From Candidatus Nealsonbacteria bacterium (GTDB taxonomy: Bacteria > Patescibacteriota > Minisyncoccia > Minisyncoccales > JAGMDC01), in contig JAUWMZ010000004.1 in assembly GCA_030612885.1 (NCBI GenBank), positions 17,631 through 81,630 of the forward strand: a stretch of 64,000 bases of DNA, given 5' to 3'. A program made the position numbers and the translations under genes. Shown here piece by piece: positions 61,804 through 64,000 of this stretch. How positions within the stretch are numbered: position 1 is the stretch's first letter; every line of letters begins with the position of its first letter. Below the pieces are notes generated by a model. It did not search any database, was not told the origin of the DNA, and worked only from the letters and a program-made list of their open reading frames with translations.

Positions 61804-62047
61804 TTTCATCACCTCCTTTTTTTTCATTCTTTCTTTCATACCCTTCACAATACCGAGTATCGTGCAGAATTGGTATATTATATAATTTACATCTTCCGCC
61901 AAAACTATACTTGCAACTATAACATAATACGGCCATTTTTTTTCATTTCCTTTTTCTTTTTTATTCCACTCAATTTTCAAGGTGCGAGACCTATCATTTA
62001 ATTGTATATCCTTTCTACCAAACCAGACAAAAAAGTCAACATCTTGA

Positions 62048-62215
62048 CCCCGCACCAATTTTGCGTTCCGATTTGCACTTTACTTACAATAATAACAAAA
62101 ATAAGTTAAACTTCCGCGGCACACTTAACACGAATAGTGTTGTCCGCCTTTGGCGGACTGGGCTATTCGCCCTTCGTGTGCCGCTAATGAACTCTATGGC
62201 AAAATTGGTGCGGGG
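62048..62215. mobile_element. 168-bp MITE-like element: 17-bp perfect terminal inverted repeats, TTGA target duplication, internal four-way junction
   Basis: ccccgcaccaattttgc (62048-64) / gcaaaattggtgcgggg (62199-215); TTGA at 62044-47 and 62216-19; inner stems 62116-24/62176-84, 62127-41, 62142-58, 62160-72. Confidence 0.7.
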
Positions 62216-62244
62216 TTGATTATTTTTTAAAGTGATGATATATT
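62216..62244 (+). promoter_or_regulatory. putative rpsB promoter (TTGATT-17-TATATT)
   Basis: The -35 overlaps the right TTGA flank of the MITE; the -10 ends 9 nt before ATG 62254 (near-leaderless). Confidence 0.4.
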
Positions 62245-62253
62245 AAAGCTATT

Positions 62254-63066
62254 ATGACGGATAAAAAAGAAACCAAAAAGAAACAAAAAGAAGAAAAAGA
62301 AACTAAACCCGCCTCCGCTAAAGCTACGGCGGGCAAGGAAGAAAAAAAAGTTGAAGTAAAGAAAGTTCCTAAGAAGGAAACTGATTTTAAAATTGATACA
62401 GATAAAATGCTGGAAGCCGGAGTTCATTTTGGCCATCGGACTTCCCGACTCCATCCCAAAATGGAACCATATTTAGCTGGTGTCAAGAATACGGTTCATA
62501 TTATTGATTTAGAAAAAACAGCGGAAAAATTAAAAGAAGCCTTGAAATTCATTCAAGAAATTGTTTCTGAAAATAAGGTTTTGCTTTTAGTAGGGACAAA
62601 AATTCAGATTAAAGATTTAGTTGGGGAAACTGCTCAAGAATGTGAATTACCTTATGTTAACGAAAGATGGCTAGGCGGCACCCTGACTAATTTTGAAGTA
62701 ATTTCAAAAAGAGTTGGATACTTAAAAGAAATAGAGGAAAAGAAAGCAAGCGGAGCATGGGAAAAATACACAAAAAAGGAAAGGATTAAAATGAATAGGG
62801 AATATCAGAATTTAAAAACAAAATTTGAAGGCATTAAAACACTCTCCAGAGTTCCTGATGCTATGTTTGTTTTAGATATAAGAAAGGATGATTTAGCAGT
62901 GAAAGAAGCCAGAATGAAAGGGATAAAAGTAATTGCTGTTTGTGATACTAATACTGATCCAAGTTTAGTTGATTATCCTATTCCAGCAAATGATGACGCT
63001 ATCTCTTCGGTGAAGTATATTCTTGAAAAAGTTAAGGAAGCGATACTCAAAGCAAAGGCGAAATAA
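62254..63066 (+). CDS. rpsB: 30S ribosomal protein S2 with ~50-aa Lys-rich N-terminal extension
   Basis: MLEAGVHFGHRTSRLHPKM core; extension contains the KATAG hairpin insert. Confidence 0.93.
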   Translation: MTDKKETKKKQKEEKETKPASAKATAGKEEKKVEVKKVPKKETDFKIDTDKMLEAGVHFGHRTSRLHPKMEPYLAGVKNTVHIIDLEKTAEKLKEALKFIQEIVSENKVLLLVGTKIQIKDLVGETAQECELPYVNERWLGGTLTNFEVISKRVGYLKEIEEKKASGAWEKYTKKERIKMNREYQNLKTKFEGIKTLSRVPDAMFVLDIRKDDLAVKEARMKGIKVIAVCDTNTDPSLVDYPIPANDDAISSVKYILEKVKEAILKAKAK

Positions 63067-63070
63067 TTTA

Positions 63071-63096
63071 CTCCATAAAAATTATTTTTCCTCGCT
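63071..63096. repeat. 3'-terminal remnant of the GC-rich repeat element
   Basis: ctccataaaaattatttttcctcgct versus the copy A end ctccataaaaattactttcctcgct. Confidence 0.6.
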
Positions 63097-63112
63097 CATT
63101 CTATTTTATATT

Positions 63113-63697
63113 ATGATTACTATTCAATTACTCAAACAACTTCGTGAAGAAACTGATGTTTCTGTTACAGAATGTAAAAAGGCATTAGAAGAATCTAAGG
63201 GCGATATTGGATTAGCCAAGGAAATTTTAAGAAAGTGGGGTAAGGATTTAGCAGGAAAAAAATCAGAGAGAGAAGTTAAGCAAGGAATAATTGAAAGTTA
63301 TATTCATCCCAATAAAAAGGTTGGGGCAGTGTTGAAAATTCTTTGTGAAACTGATTTTGTAGCAAAATCAGAACAATTTCAGCAATTAGCTCATGAAATT
63401 TGTCTTCAGATTGTTGCTTCCAAGCCCCTGTTTTTAAAAGATGAAGATATCCCGGAAGATTTTTTAGATGGAGAAAAAAAGATTTATCAGGAGCAGTTTA
63501 AAGATTCTGGAAAGCCGCAAAAGATTATAGACGGGATAATAGAAGGAAAACTAAAAAAGTATAAAAAAGAAGTTTCATTGTTGTCTCAAGCATGGATAAA
63601 AGACGAAACAAAGACAATTAAAGATCTTATTGATGAATACGTTGCTAAATTGGGAGAGAATATTGTGCTAGAACAATTTAGACGCTACGAAATCTAA
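63113..63697 (+). CDS. tsf: elongation factor Ts (short form)
   Basis: Start moved to ATG 63113 (MITIQLLKQLREETDVSVTECKKALEES); UBA-like N-domain, ILCETDFVAK. Confidence 0.9.
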   Translation: MITIQLLKQLREETDVSVTECKKALEESKGDIGLAKEILRKWGKDLAGKKSEREVKQGIIESYIHPNKKVGAVLKILCETDFVAKSEQFQQLAHEICLQIVASKPLFLKDEDIPEDFLDGEKKIYQEQFKDSGKPQKIIDGIIEGKLKKYKKEVSLLSQAWIKDETKTIKDLIDEYVAKLGENIVLEQFRRYEI

Positions 63698-63701
63698 AAA
63701 T

Positions 63702-64000
63702 ATGGCAGGATTAATCGCAACAATAATTTTATTCAGTAGCTTGTCGGGTATGGCAGTAATCTTATTTCGGAAGATTCCTGTTTTAGTTGAACTAACGTCT
63801 ATTCCGGAAAAAGAGCAGGAAGGATTGTTTTTGGGAGTAAAAAGAAAAATTAAAGAATTAGATTTTTTTGAAATTTTTGATTTTAAAAATTTTTTACAAA
63901 AGCTTCTTATGCGAATTCGCATTTTGACTTTAAAAATTGAAAACAGAATCAATAAACCATTAGAAGGATTGCATCAGAAAGAAAGAATTAAAAATGATGT
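63702..64000 (+). CDS. hypothetical membrane-anchored protein, 3' end outside window
   Basis: ATG 63702, open to window end; MAGLIATIILFSSLSGMAVILF TM helix. Confidence 0.4.
   Translation, partial: MAGLIATIILFSSLSGMAVILFRKIPVLVELTSIPEKEQEGLFLGVKRKIKELDFFEIFDFKNFLQKLLMRIRILTLKIENRINKPLEGLHQKERIKND

Noticed and set aside
61804-62058. The long (151-aa) version of the minus-strand ORF 61603-62058
   Set aside because: The N-terminal 85 codons run through AT-rich non-coding sequence and start inside the MITE terminal repeat. A strong SD site sits in front of the internal ATG at 61803.
62116-62184. Cloverleaf-shaped four-way junction that might be a tRNA or tRNA-like gene
   Set aside because: Loops are 5, 3 and 5 nt, with no 7-nt anticodon loop, no T-loop GTTCRA and no D-loop GG. 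The stem lengths (9/5/7/4) do not fit tRNA. It is embedded inside a TIR-bounded element.

Overview
AT-rich (about 30-35% GC by eye), gene-dense bacterial window. It looks like a Candidate Phyla Radiation/Patescibacteria-type genome: no L30 gene between rpsE and rplO, Lys-rich extensions on ribosomal proteins, few Shine-Dalgarno sites, TGA used as a stop codon. This placement is inference. Content: a thiol-disulfide/SUF Fe-S block (2-3130); udg, topA, dprA, pth, lepB, hisS, rpsU, ybeY; ftsA and ftsZ split by a HEPN/nucleotidyltransferase cassette; trxA plus an FTR-like and a PP-loop gene; glycosidases; tRNA-Leu; parAB; rel; a NifX-like gene with two MinD-ferredoxin ATPases; an orphan ABC ATPase, a G3E GTPase with an Fe-S domain and an FTR-ferredoxin fusion; tRNA-Pro; the str/S10/spc ribosomal supercluster from rpsL to map (32007-50328); an AbiEii-type TA pair; sugar and gluconeogenesis genes (GT2, galT, ppsA, fbp, class I aldolase); rplY, prfA, rpmE, rpsB, tsf. 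The main signal not explained by genes is dense secondary-structure repeats. (1) About 15 long hairpin spacers built from a few AT-rich word families punctuate the ribosomal operons. (2) A GC-rich ~150-nt multi-stem element occurs in at least 3 copies, with compensatory changes and a nested insertion. (3) Two MITE-like elements have CCCCG termini and 4-bp target duplications. (4) Short GC-rich palindromes lie in frame inside pth, rplW, rpsB, ybeY and a membrane protein. Secondary leads are two uncharacterised Fe-S/redox operons, a promoter-bearing structured RNA candidate, an RF1 lacking domain 1, and an FtsZ lacking its C-terminal tail. All calls come from manual reading; no searches or folding programs were run.
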